Made by a program: the position numbers and the translations under genes
Part shown: one piece after another, positions 1 to 9,053 of the stretch
How the letters are laid out: each line of letters begins with the position of its first letter
How positions within the stretch are numbered: position 1 is the stretch's first letter
NCBI GenBank assembly: GCA_035526705.1
Contig: DATLBX010000017.1
Coordinates: forward strand, 34,507-98,506
Length of the DNA stretch: 64,000 bases
Direction of reading: 5' to 3'
From: Acidimicrobiales bacterium
GTDB taxonomy: Bacteria; Actinomycetota; Acidimicrobiia; Acidimicrobiales; JAHWKP01
Notes under the pieces: model-generated
What the model was told of the DNA's origin: nothing
What the model saw: the letters and a program-made list of their open reading frames with translations, nothing else
Database searches by the model: none

Positions 1-5
1 CAACT

Positions 6-3000
6 TCATGACGTCCTCCTGTGGAGTCGACCGGTGAACAGGTATTGGTAACGACCGCCTTCGCCCGGTTCGACGAAGGAGACAACGGATCCGTCCGGAG
101 CGGCAAAGGTCGCCCCGTCGACCGGCTTGAGAGTGAACGCGGGCAACGCAGTCGCCTCCGCCTTCGGATCGAGGCTGCCCAGGCTCGTGACAACCGCTGA
201 CAGACCACCCGCGTCTCCGGGCGTCACCTCGATGCGCGCTCCAATGCACTCGTAGGTGCCGGCATAGAGCGCGGGCTCGATCTTCGGCGGGTTCTCGCCG
301 GGAGCCGGAGGCGGCGGCGGCACCAGCCCGGTGGTTTCGGAGAAGAGGTCGGTCTCGACGGCGCGGGCCAGCAAGCCGCCGGCCGGACCGTTGGTGAGGA
401 TGGCGACGGCGACGCCGCGGTCGGGCAGCACCGTCAGGCGGGAGGACTGCCCGAGCGTTCCGCCGCTGTGCTGCAGGACGATTTCCCCGTCCCACTCCCC
501 GATGCCCCAGCCCAGGCCGCGCCAGGCGCGGCCTGCAAGTCCCGCCGGCGGCACCTCCACCTGGCGCTCGGCCATCTGCTTCACGGCCGACGGCGAGAGG
601 ACTTCGGTGCCATCTGAGGCGCGGCCGTCCTCGATGAACATCCGGGCGAAGCCGATAAGGGCCCGCGCTGTCGCAATTGGCGTCGACCCGACCGACGCGG
701 ACTCGGGATGCGTGGCGTACCGCGGCGCGGGCTTTACCTTCCCCAGGGGCTCTGAGGGGTCTACCGACACGTGCCCCATCGCGAGGCCGACGACCGAGGT
801 GACGGGATTCCCACTGGCGGCCATCTCGATTCCCAGGGGCTCGATGATGCGCTCCGACAGCACCTCGCCCCAGGGCTGGCCGGTGAGTACCTCGACGAGC
901 CGCCCCGCGACAGTGAAGCCGGAGTTCGAATAGTCGAAATGCTGGCCGACCGGATGGGCCAGCTCGAAGTCAGCCAACGTGGCCACGAACTGCTCCGCGG
1001 TGGCGGAGTCGCCGAGATCGGGGAACCAATCGCCAGGGATCCCGTTGATGTGAGCGAGCAGGTGACGCGTCGTGATCTTTTGCGTGGCCTCCGCGTCGGC
1101 CAGTTTGAACTCGGGAAGATAAGTGACGACAGGCGTGTCGAGGTCGAGCTTGCCTTCGTCGACCAGCTGCATGAGAAGCGCCGTCGTGAAGACCTTCGTG
1201 ATGGACCCGATCTGGAAGCGGCTGTCCTCGGTGACCTGGTCCGGCCGCTCTGCATGCAGCACTCCTGCCCACGCCGTCTCCACCACTCCGTCGTGCAATA
1301 GAGCGACGCTGACTCCAGGGATGTTCAGGGTCCGGGCCAGCGAATCGAGCCGGCTCGAGTAGGCGGCCAGCACGTCACGCCGCTTGGGACGCGACCCGAC
1401 GGCAGCATTCGGGCCGACGTGCTCTCGCACCCAGTCGGCGACGCGCCGGCCGTAGTCGATGCGGTGCGACGGCCGACCGTTGACGATGAAGAGGTGCGAG
1501 CAACCGGGGTACCGGACCATTTCCACCGGAACGCCGTTGGCGCGCAGCCCGGTGAACCACTCCTCGGCCTGTCCCACGGGGCAGCGGTCGTCGGACTCGC
1601 CGTGCAGGATGAGTGTCGGGCACGTGACTCTGTGGACGTGAGCCTGCGGGTCGTGCCGCTTGTAGAGCTCCGGGTCCTCCCACGGCAGCGCCCCCACCTC
1701 GTGGCGGGCCAGCCAGAGCCCCATGTCCGCGGAACCCGCTTCACTCACGAGCGACGAGCACGGGGCGCCCGTGACTCCAGCGGCGAAGCGGTCCGTGGTG
1801 GCGGTGAGCCAGCACGTCATGTAGCCGCCATAGCTGTATCCCGTCACCGCGACTTGGCTGCGGTCGACGATGCCCTCGTCGATCAGCGCGTCGACCGCGC
1901 AGAGGAAGTCGTCGGTGTCCGACGTTCCCCACGCGCCGGAAACGGCTGTCATGAAGTCCTCGCCATATCCGTCGCTGCCGCGCGGGTTGACGTAGAGCAC
2001 AGTCCAGCCGTCCGCGGCCAGCACCTGATGGTGATGGTGCTTGTTGTCGAAGGTCGGGCCCCAGGCGTTGTGCGGACCGCCGTGAATGTCGAGCAGCAGC
2101 GGACCCGGCTTATCGGCCGCCGCGCCGCGCACGATCCAGCCGTGGATCTCCGTGCCGTCCGGCGCGGTGAACGTCCGTTCCTCCGGGAGGAACAGGTCCA
2201 CGCCCTTCAGGGAGTCGGCGGAGAGGGTTGTCAGCAAGATCGGCGCCGCGGTTCGGGCGGGGAGCACCGCGACCTCGCCGGGGTTGCCACGGTCGGAGAG
2301 CACCGTGGTGAGCGCTCCGGTGCGCCCGGCCACGCTCAGCCCGCTGATCGAGTTGTCGGCCTGGCCGAGCACCTTGCGGGGCGTGCCATCACCGTCGAGC
2401 GCCAAGGCATAGATGTGGGTCGCGCCTCGATCACGGGCGCAGAAGAAAAGTCGACCGTCGTCCGTGAGGTTCAGGGGACCTCCCGGATACCCCGGCGAAC
2501 CGCTCATCACGTTGCGGTCGAAGGCCGGCGCCAGCTCCACGGGGTCGCCCCCCTCGGCGGGGACGACGAACAGCCGGGCCAGCCCCGGCCCTGCGTCGGC
2601 TTTGCCCGTGAAGACGATGCGTCCGTCCGCGGTGAACACTGGATCGCCGGCGAAGCCCCGGTCCGGTGTAAGCGGGCGCGGCGTGCCGCCCCCCTCGGCG
2701 GCGACGGCGTAGAGGCGGCTGGTCGGCTCGAGGTCGCTGTTCTCTCCCCGACTTCCGCTGACCACCAGGGTTTCGCCGTCGGACGACCACGCCGCTCCCC
2801 CGGCGAACCAGTCGCCCCACGTGAGCTGCACCGGGATCGATCCCTTCTCGATTCCAGTCACGAACAGATGGCTTCGGAGGGAGCGGATCAGACCAGCGCC
2901 GTCGGACTTGTATCCGAGGCGGTCGATCACCAGCGGCGCCGCCGCGCGGCGCTTGCGCTCCTTGTCGTCGGCGGGCGGGCCGAGGAGGTCGACGCCGGCG

Positions 3001-3389
3001 GTGAATGCCAGCCGCTTGCCATCGGGCGACCAGACCGGGGCGCCCGCACCCAGGGGCAGGTCCGTTACGCGGCGCGCCTCCCCGGCGCCCGCGACGGGCA
3101 GCACGTGAACCTGCGGCTTGTCGGACCCGCCGCGCACTGCCAGGAAGGCAATCTGCGATCCGTCCGGCGACCAGCGCGGCGCGGCGTCCTTCGGTCCTTG
3201 CGTCAGCTGTACCGGGTTCGACCCCCCGTCCGCCGCAGCCAGCCAAATCGAAGTCGTGTAGCCGTCGGTGCTCCGGTCCGGCGTCCGGACGACGTAGACG
3301 ACCTGGGTCCCGTCCGGGGAGATCTCCGAGGCCTCCGGGACCGCGATCGTCCAGAGGTCGTCGAATTCGAGGCGGCGCGCTTTGCTCAT
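6..3389 (-). CDS. Two-enzyme fusion: S9 family serine peptidase (beta-propeller + alpha/beta hydrolase, acylaminoacyl-peptidase-like) fused to a C-terminal beta-lactamase-family (PF00144-type) serine hydrolase module
   Basis: ORF 6..3860. I chose ATG 3389 (MSKARRLEFDDLW) because the upstream 157 codons look like GC-driven read-through. Repeated WSPDG propeller motifs. S9 nucleophile elbow GYSYGG, then ESDDR and CSH (Ser-Asp-His order). From about nt 1400 downward there is a second module with SITK (SxxK), YSN and HSG motifs. Confidence 0.8.
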   Translation of the reverse strand: MSKARRLEFDDLWTIAVPEASEISPDGTQVVYVVRTPDRSTDGYTTSIWLAAADGGSNPVQLTQGPKDAAPRWSPDGSQIAFLAVRGGSDKPQVHVLPVAGAGEARRVTDLPLGAGAPVWSPDGKRLAFTAGVDLLGPPADDKERKRRAAAPLVIDRLGYKSDGAGLIRSLRSHLFVTGIEKGSIPVQLTWGDWFAGGAAWSSDGETLVVSGSRGENSDLEPTSRLYAVAAEGGGTPRPLTPDRGFAGDPVFTADGRIVFTGKADAGPGLARLFVVPAEGGDPVELAPAFDRNVMSGSPGYPGGPLNLTDDGRLFFCARDRGATHIYALALDGDGTPRKVLGQADNSISGLSVAGRTGALTTVLSDRGNPGEVAVLPARTAAPILLTTLSADSLKGVDLFLPEERTFTAPDGTEIHGWIVRGAAADKPGPLLLDIHGGPHNAWGPTFDNKHHHHQVLAADGWTVLYVNPRGSDGYGEDFMTAVSGAWGTSDTDDFLCAVDALIDEGIVDRSQVAVTGYSYGGYMTCWLTATTDRFAAGVTGAPCSSLVSEAGSADMGLWLARHEVGALPWEDPELYKRHDPQAHVHRVTCPTLILHGESDDRCPVGQAEEWFTGLRANGVPVEMVRYPGCSHLFIVNGRPSHRIDYGRRVADWVREHVGPNAAVGSRPKRRDVLAAYSSRLDSLARTLNIPGVSVALLHDGVVETAWAGVLHAERPDQVTEDSRFQIGSITKVFTTALLMQLVDEGKLDLDTPVVTYLPEFKLADAEATQKITTRHLLAHINGIPGDWFPDLGDSATAEQFVATLADFELAHPVGQHFDYSNSGFTVAGRLVEVLTGQPWGEVLSERIIEPLGIEMAASGNPVTSVVGLAMGHVSVDPSEPLGKVKPAPRYATHPESASVGSTPIATARALIGFARMFIEDGRASDGTEVLSPSAVKQMAERQVEVPPAGLAGRAWRGLGWGIGEWDGEIVLQHSGGTLGQSSRLTVLPDRGVAVAILTNGPAGGLLARAVETDLFSETTGLVPPPPPAPGENPPKIEPALYAGTYECIGARIEVTPGDAGGLSAVVTSLGSLDPKAEATALPAFTLKPVDGATFAAPDGSVVSFVEPGEGGRYQYLFTGRLHRRTS

Positions 3390-3533
3390 CGGTCCAGTCT
3401 CGCCGCCTCGCTCCAGCCTGGGCTTGGCCCGCCTGCCAACGCCCTCGGCTGCCGCTTGTCTACGGCCACACCGCTCAGGTAGCCGTCCGGGACCACACTC
3501 CTCGAAGGCCCCACCGACAGAGAGGGCACATTC

Positions 3534-4925
3534 ATGGACGAAGTAGCACTCCAACGGAAGGTCTCCGAGCTCGCCGCGGAGCTGGGCGTCACCGGCGTGT
3601 CTGTCGGCGTCTACATCGACGGCAAGGAGCACTACGCCTTCGCCGGCGTGACCAGCGTCGAGAACCCCCTGCCCGTCGACGAGGAGACGCTGTTCCAGTT
3701 CGGGTCGACCGGCAAGACCTACACCGCCACCGCGATGATGCGGCTGGTCGAGCGAGGTGAAGTCGACCTCGACGCCCCCGTGCGGAAGTACCTGCCGAAC
3801 CTCAAGCTGAAGGACGAGGAGACCGCAGAGCGGGTCACCATCCTCCAGCTGTTCAACCACACGGCCGGCTGGTCGGGCGATCTGATGACCGACACCGGCG
3901 AGGGGGACGACGCGCTCGCCAAATACGTCGACCTGATGGCTGATATCGACCAGGTGACCCCGCTCGGCGCCGCCGTCTCCTACAACAACGCCTCGCTCTC
4001 ACTCGCCGGTCATGTCATCGCCACGATCACGGGGAAGACCTACGAGAAGGCGCTGCGCGAGCTGATCCTCGACCCGATCGGCATGCACAACACCTTTTTC
4101 TTCCCGAACGAGGTCATGACTCGGCGTTTCGCCGTGGGGCACAACAAGCAGCCCGACGGCACAATGAAGATCGCCCGCCCCTGGGCGATGTCGCGGGGCG
4201 GGATGCCCGCAGGGGGCATGTCCGCCAACTCCAAGGACCAGATCCTCTGGGCTCGGTTCCACCTCGGTGACGGCACCGCTCCCGATGGCACCCGCGTGCT
4301 TTCAAAGGAACTCCTGGATCTCATGAAGCAGCCGACGGTCGAGACGCCGGGCAGCGCGTTGGGCGACTACATCGGCATCAGCTGGATGCTGCGCGACGTC
4401 GAGGGCGTGCGACTCGTCGGCCACGGCGGGGACACGATCGGCCAGCATTCGGAATTCATCACGGTGCCCGAGCGCGACTTCGCCATCAGCTCGATGACCA
4501 ACTCCTCGACGGGGCCGGAGCTGAACGAGAGGCTGACCCGGTGGGCATTGGAGGCCTACCTCGGAGTGGTGGAGACGGACGCGGAGCCGATCCTGCTGGG
4601 CGACGACGTGCTCGCTCCGTACACCGGTCGGTTCGAGACCATCGCGGCGTCGATCGACATCACGGCACGCCAGGGTCTCCTCGTCGCGCAGATCGAAATA
4701 AAGCCCGAGACGCGTAAAGAGATGAGTGAAGCGGGCGAGGACATCCCCGAGCCCGACCCGTTCGTTCTCGGACTGATCGAAGCCGGAAGCGACCGATACG
4801 TCGTCGCCGAGGGAGAGGCGAAGGGGATGAAGGGCTACTTCAGCCGCAACGACCAGGGCGAGGTCGACGCGGTGCACGTCGGCGGAAGGCTCGCAACGCG
4901 CGTCAAGAAGCCAGCCAGGACCTGA
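3534..4925 (+). CDS. Serine hydrolase, beta-lactamase/DD-peptidase family (PF00144-type) with C-terminal beta-rich extension
   Basis: 463-aa ORF. STGK (SxxK), YNN and HGG motifs in the expected order. GAGAGGG Shine-Dalgarno-like element shortly upstream of the ATG. Divergent from the fusion gene. Confidence 0.85.
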   Translation: MDEVALQRKVSELAAELGVTGVSVGVYIDGKEHYAFAGVTSVENPLPVDEETLFQFGSTGKTYTATAMMRLVERGEVDLDAPVRKYLPNLKLKDEETAERVTILQLFNHTAGWSGDLMTDTGEGDDALAKYVDLMADIDQVTPLGAAVSYNNASLSLAGHVIATITGKTYEKALRELILDPIGMHNTFFFPNEVMTRRFAVGHNKQPDGTMKIARPWAMSRGGMPAGGMSANSKDQILWARFHLGDGTAPDGTRVLSKELLDLMKQPTVETPGSALGDYIGISWMLRDVEGVRLVGHGGDTIGQHSEFITVPERDFAISSMTNSSTGPELNERLTRWALEAYLGVVETDAEPILLGDDVLAPYTGRFETIAASIDITARQGLLVAQIEIKPETRKEMSEAGEDIPEPDPFVLGLIEAGSDRYVVAEGEAKGMKGYFSRNDQGEVDAVHVGGRLATRVKKPART

Positions 4926-5996
4926 TCACCAGGTCTGGAGTGCGGAACGGATTACGGAGCGCAGAAGCTCATCTGCCCCCAGATACATCCCGGCCTGGAT
5001 CTCGTCCGCCTTCGGGCACGGGTACTCGAGGCAGACCGCTTGGGCATCGGCGATGAACGAACTGAATACGAAGTCGCGCATCTGCACCGCGCCGCCGACC
5101 TTGAAGGGGATGGAGGCCACCCCGTCGATCTCCCGTATCACCAGGTGCGTCACGCATAGGAGGTCGCCGCAGATGTTGTACGACCCTCCCTTGAATCGAC
5201 GCACGAGGCGCTCCGCGACCGGCCCGATCGCAGCAGGCTTGCCGAGCTTCCGCGCCTCGTCCTGGATGATCTCCAGGAGATGATCCCCGCGCCGGACGGG
5301 CTGAGAGGCCATCAGGCTCCAAAACTCACCCGTGCGTTTGGAATCGAGCACCCGGCCCGACGCCACCGCCTCGTACAGCTTTCCGATGTCGACCGGTGTC
5401 AGTGCGTTGCGCTTGTCGCCCTCGTAACCACAGCCGACGAGGTCCTGATCCCACTTGGTCTGGGACATGCCGAGGCTCTTCGCCAAAGCGTTCAGCGCCG
5501 GCAACCCGTAGCGCAGCACGACGCCGCGCGTCGCACGGTTGTCGGAAACCTGCATCATCTTCGCCAGACCGAACTGAAGCGGCTCCGTTTCCCGATTCGC
5601 CTGGACCTCGTCCTCGGCCGCAGGGCACAGATTCGGGCTGGAGGGATCGCCGCCGGAGTTTCGGCTCGAGGGATACCTGAAGCTGGTGAAGGAACCCCAC
5701 AGGTCGTCGCGGCCCGCCTGCACTTCGCGCATCGCATGCAGATGCCCCAGCACCTTGATGGCCGACGCGGGGTCGTGGACGTAGGTCTCGTTGCTGTCGA
5801 GGAGCACAGGGCCCCCGACTGCCTTCAAATAGAAACCGCCAGTCCCGCCGACCGAGCCGGCCATGGAGTCGTCGTAGATGGCCTGGAGCCGGCCCTCTTC
5901 GTCGGATCGTTCGTCGGCCGACACCGCCGGTGCGGCGACAACGGCCAGCGCGACCGCCATCAGGACCACCAGCCGCGTTCTCATTCGGATGGGCAC
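4926..5996 (-). CDS. Secreted class A beta-lactamase-fold serine hydrolase
   Basis: Signal peptide MPIRMRTRLVVLMAVALAVVAAPAVSA. SAIK, SDN and KGG motifs in class A order. Starts 5 nt downstream of the LLM gene stop on the same strand. Confidence 0.7.
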   Translation of the reverse strand: MPIRMRTRLVVLMAVALAVVAAPAVSADERSDEEGRLQAIYDDSMAGSVGGTGGFYLKAVGGPVLLDSNETYVHDPASAIKVLGHLHAMREVQAGRDDLWGSFTSFRYPSSRNSGGDPSSPNLCPAAEDEVQANRETEPLQFGLAKMMQVSDNRATRGVVLRYGLPALNALAKSLGMSQTKWDQDLVGCGYEGDKRNALTPVDIGKLYEAVASGRVLDSKRTGEFWSLMASQPVRRGDHLLEIIQDEARKLGKPAAIGPVAERLVRRFKGGSYNICGDLLCVTHLVIREIDGVASIPFKVGGAVQMRDFVFSSFIADAQAVCLEYPCPKADEIQAGMYLGADELLRSVIRSALQTW

Positions 5997-6001
5997 TCTG
6001 C

Positions 6002-6979
6002 CTAGTTCGCCGCGAAGCGGGGGGCGACCTCTTCCATGAAGATACGCGCGGAGTCGTCGCTCTCGGGCGAGTCGAGGAACATCGAGATGATGTGGCTCGC
6101 GCCGGCGTCGACGAAGGCCGAGACCTTCTCCGCCACTTCATCGGGGGTGCCGATGAAGTGGTCGGGCTTCACCGCGTCGTAAGCCTCGGGCGGCGCACCC
6201 ATGTTGGCCAGGACCCTTCGAGTCGCATCGCCGCCGGTGAGGTCCGCCAGGCGGAAGACGGACGTGTCGATCGTCGCCGGATCGCGACCCTCCTTCTCGC
6301 AGGCCTCGTTCAGCACTCCTGTGAGCCGCTTGAAGTCGGCCAGTCCGACGTTCCAGTTGGCGACATCGGCGAGTCGAGCCGCGACCCGCAGCCCCTTCGG
6401 GCCGTGCGTGCCGGTCCAGATGGGCGGCATCGTGGCGGGGCGAGGCTCGCAGCGGGCTCCCGTGAGCTTGACCTGGTTCCCGTCGTAGTCGACCTGGTCC
6501 TCCGACCAGAGCCGCTTGATCGACTCGAGCGTCTCGGTGAACAGTTCGACCCGATCGCGAGCGGACGGGAAGGGCAGGCCGAACGCGTCGAACTCCGGCT
6601 CGTCCCAGCCGCCGCCGAGGGCGAAGATCAGCCGTCCGTTGGACATGACGTCGACGTTCGCGGCCTGCTTGGCCAACATCGCCGCACTCCGGTAGGCGGC
6701 GCAGGTGACCAGCGCACCCAGTCGGGCGCGCTTGGTCACCTGGCTGAGCCCCGCCATCGCGGTGTACGCCTCGAAGTAGAGCCCCGACCGGTCGCCGCCT
6801 GACGCCATCAGATGGTCGCTGAGCCAGAGGTGGTCGTAGCCCAGCTCGTCGAACGCCGCCGCCGCGTCGGCCATCCGCTGCCACGCCTTGCCCGGCTCCC
6901 AACCGGCGAACTCATTCGCCCCGCCATGAGGGACGAATGCGCCCCAGGTGATCGAACCGGTCTTTTCCTCCGTAGTCAT
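6002..6979 (-). CDS. LLM class (luciferase-like) flavin/F420-dependent oxidoreductase
   Basis: ORF 6002..7213 trimmed to ATG 6979 (MTTEEKTG). Luciferase-like TIM-barrel stretches GYDHLWLSDH, GRLIFALGGGW, FIGTPDEVAEKV. Confidence 0.8.
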   Translation of the reverse strand: MTTEEKTGSITWGAFVPHGGANEFAGWEPGKAWQRMADAAAAFDELGYDHLWLSDHLMASGGDRSGLYFEAYTAMAGLSQVTKRARLGALVTCAAYRSAAMLAKQAANVDVMSNGRLIFALGGGWDEPEFDAFGLPFPSARDRVELFTETLESIKRLWSEDQVDYDGNQVKLTGARCEPRPATMPPIWTGTHGPKGLRVAARLADVANWNVGLADFKRLTGVLNEACEKEGRDPATIDTSVFRLADLTGGDATRRVLANMGAPPEAYDAVKPDHFIGTPDEVAEKVSAFVDAGASHIISMFLDSPESDDSARIFMEEVAPRFAAN

Positions 6980-7176
6980 CAATCGAGTCTCCGCAACCAC
7001 GCGACCCCCCTGGTTGGTGGGCGCCGCGCCCCCACCCCGCTCGCTCTTGTCGCCCGAGCCAATAGCCAGGCACACGCCGCGACTGATTCGGATACAGGCA
7101 GGACTAGTCTGGTCGGACGGCGAACGAGCCGTGGAAGGGCCACTCGGCCCGCAATCGGCCCTTGGGGGGACACTTG

Positions 7177-7779
7177 ATGCGCAGATTTCTGACAGCCCTG
7201 GGCGTGGCCGCACTCGCCTCCTCGCTGGTACTCGGCGGAACGCCCGCCCGCGCCGGTGAGCTCGGATGGGCCGACGCCGAAGGCGACGCCTTCCCGCCTG
7301 TTGTTTCGAACCCGACTCTGGACATCGTGAAGACGTCTTTGACCACGACGCCCGAGAGCTTCGTCTGGAAGACGCAGCTCAAGCAGCTCGGCGACCCCCT
7401 GCCCATCGCGACGGGCCACCACTTCACACTGAACTTCACCTTCGGTGACGCGGCTTTCGTGATGCGAGTCACGCAGGATCGCGTGGCCGGCGACGGGATC
7501 GTCTTCCAGAAGCAGGATGAGACAACTCCGACCGTGCAGAACCTGGGGTGCGCCAAGTGCAAGCTCAGCATCGACCCTGCGACGAACACCATCACCCTGA
7601 CCGCGTCCCTCGGGACGATGCAGGCAGCCAGCCGAAAGCTCGTCGCTGGCGCGAAGATCGACACCATCTCGGTCTTCACCGGTCTGATGTGGGACATCCC
7701 TCAGGTCGGAACGCTTTACGGAGGTTCTGACCAGGGCGACGAAGCCCCGCCGCCCGACGGCGCGACCTTCACCCTCTAA
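7177..7779 (+). CDS. Secreted protein, paralog 1 of a four-member tandem family (unknown function)
   Basis: ATG 7177 (MRRFLTALGVAALASSLVLGGTPARA) preceded by GGGGGGA. Shares the GDA...LDI motif, the C-x-CK cysteine pair and the C-terminal ATFTL with the next three genes. Confidence 0.7.
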   Translation: MRRFLTALGVAALASSLVLGGTPARAGELGWADAEGDAFPPVVSNPTLDIVKTSLTTTPESFVWKTQLKQLGDPLPIATGHHFTLNFTFGDAAFVMRVTQDRVAGDGIVFQKQDETTPTVQNLGCAKCKLSIDPATNTITLTASLGTMQAASRKLVAGAKIDTISVFTGLMWDIPQVGTLYGGSDQGDEAPPPDGATFTL

Positions 7780-7791
7780 GGAGACTCGAGA

Positions 7792-8400
7792 GTGCGCAGG
7801 TTTCTCTCATTGATCGGCACCGCGGCTCTGGCCCTCGCCCTGCTCCTACTTGGGAGCCCCGCGCAGGCGAGCGAGTTCAACATCGCGGACCCGGCAGGCG
7901 ACGCCACGGGGCTTTTTGTGGTGGAGTCGACACCGCGCCCGAGCGACGAAGAAGTCGACATTCTCGGCGTCAAGTACTCGACGACCGCCACCGAACTCCG
8001 GATCGACGTGAGGATGGCGAAGATCGGGATTCCCGTCGGTGCCATCGGGTTCAGCCAGCGGATCGGGTTCACCCACTCCGGCACCTCGTACCACTTCCTG
8101 CACGAGGTCGACGATGTCCCCGGCGTGCTGTCCGGTTCCTCGTTCCTTCTCCGTCAGGGCAACACCGAGATCCCGTGCAAGTGTTCGGGAAAGATCAACG
8201 GCAAGACGGCGACCCTGGAAATCCGTGCCGACATCGCCTCGCTCTCCCGAGCGCTGAAGAGCTTCAACCCGGACAGCGATCCCATCGTCCCCGGGACGGA
8301 ATTCACTGAGCTCGTCAACTCGGCCGACCGCGTCGAAGGAGTCGCACTCATCGCTGTCGACTTCGCCGACGCCGACCCCGAGGCCACCCTCAAGTTCTAG
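7792..8400 (+). CDS. Secreted protein, paralog 2 of tandem family
   Basis: GTG start 8 nt after AAGGAG. Signal peptide ending SPAQA. Motifs DPAGDA, TPRPSD..VDI, GFTH, CKC, C-terminal ATLKF. Confidence 0.75.
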   Translation: MRRFLSLIGTAALALALLLLGSPAQASEFNIADPAGDATGLFVVESTPRPSDEEVDILGVKYSTTATELRIDVRMAKIGIPVGAIGFSQRIGFTHSGTSYHFLHEVDDVPGVLSGSSFLLRQGNTEIPCKCSGKINGKTATLEIRADIASLSRALKSFNPDSDPIVPGTEFTELVNSADRVEGVALIAVDFADADPEATLKF

Positions 8401-8411
8401 AGAGGTTCCTC

Positions 8412-9041
8412 ATGCGTAGAACACTGACGACCGTCGTATCTCTCCTGGCTGCGCTCGGCCTCCTGATCGGCGCCAGCCCGGCGCGCGCCGGCGAGTTTGC
8501 CTGGACCGACCCCGAAGGCGACGCAACCGGGTTGGGCGCTGAGTCGACACCCAGACCGCCAGACCCTGAGCTCGACATTTCGAAGGTCACGTATGTGGCC
8601 GATGGAAAGGCTCTCAACGTCACTTGGAACCTGACGAAGGCAGCCGGGGATCCCGTGGGCTCGCTGGGGCGCGACTTCGACTTCTACTTCACGCACGACG
8701 ACCACAAGTATGCGGTCGGTGCGCAGCTGCCGGCGTTCCCGTTGGATGGCAGCGCCACCGGCGGTAATGGCCTCGTCAGCGGTCCTCTCATGACGAACAA
8801 CGACGGCGCGCAGGCAGTTCAGATTCCCTGCGGCTGCAAGCTGAGGATCGACGACAAGAGAAACACGATCACGTTCACCATCGGTTACGCCGACTTGGAT
8901 CGGGCTTTCCCGGGCACCGGCAAGGTCGGTCCTGGAACCAAGTTCACCGACCTGAGCGGACGGGCTGCTCGCATCCAGGGCGCGGTGCTTGTCAACGTCG
9001 ACCTGACCGCCCCGGCCGACGGCGCAACCTTCAGTTTCTAG
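8412..9041 (+). CDS. Secreted protein, paralog 3 of tandem family
   Basis: MRRTL signal peptide ending SPARA. Motifs DPEGDA, TPRPPD..LDI, FYFTH, CGCK, PGTKFTDLS, C-terminal ATFSF. Confidence 0.8.
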   Translation: MRRTLTTVVSLLAALGLLIGASPARAGEFAWTDPEGDATGLGAESTPRPPDPELDISKVTYVADGKALNVTWNLTKAAGDPVGSLGRDFDFYFTHDDHKYAVGAQLPAFPLDGSATGGNGLVSGPLMTNNDGAQAVQIPCGCKLRIDDKRNTITFTIGYADLDRAFPGTGKVGPGTKFTDLSGRAARIQGAVLVNVDLTAPADGATFSF

Positions 9042-9053
9042 ACAGTGATGACG

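Noticed and set aside
1419-3482. Long alternative-frame/antisense ORFs throughout the track. Examples: 1419..3482 (+), 9681..11084 (-), 14506..16101 (+), 20626..22098 (+), 35501..37291 (-), 45552..46658 (-), 59926..61029 (-), 53192..54400 (+)
   Set aside because: Their products are Arg/Pro/Gly/Ala-rich low-complexity strings without motifs. They lie opposite or out of frame to ORFs with clear family signatures. This is typical stop-codon depletion in very GC-rich DNA.
3390-3860. Long 5' extensions of many track ORFs. Examples: 6..3860, 6002..7213, 11841..13565, 22071..23450, 25626..27431, 27699..29294, 40967..43168, 43096..44358, 44049..44927, 44226..47162, 52853..53770, 53268..54452, 61031..62365, 62023..63183
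   Set aside because: The extensions overlap the neighbouring real genes and encode noise-like sequence. Internal starts are available that give a signal peptide or conserved N-terminus, and these often sit in an ATGA/GTGA/TGATG overlap with the upstream stop.
7102-7109. Palindrome GACTAGTC in the divergent region between the LLM gene and paralog 1
   Set aside because: It is only 8 bp, the flanks do not extend the symmetry, and there is no second copy. That is insufficient to call an operator.
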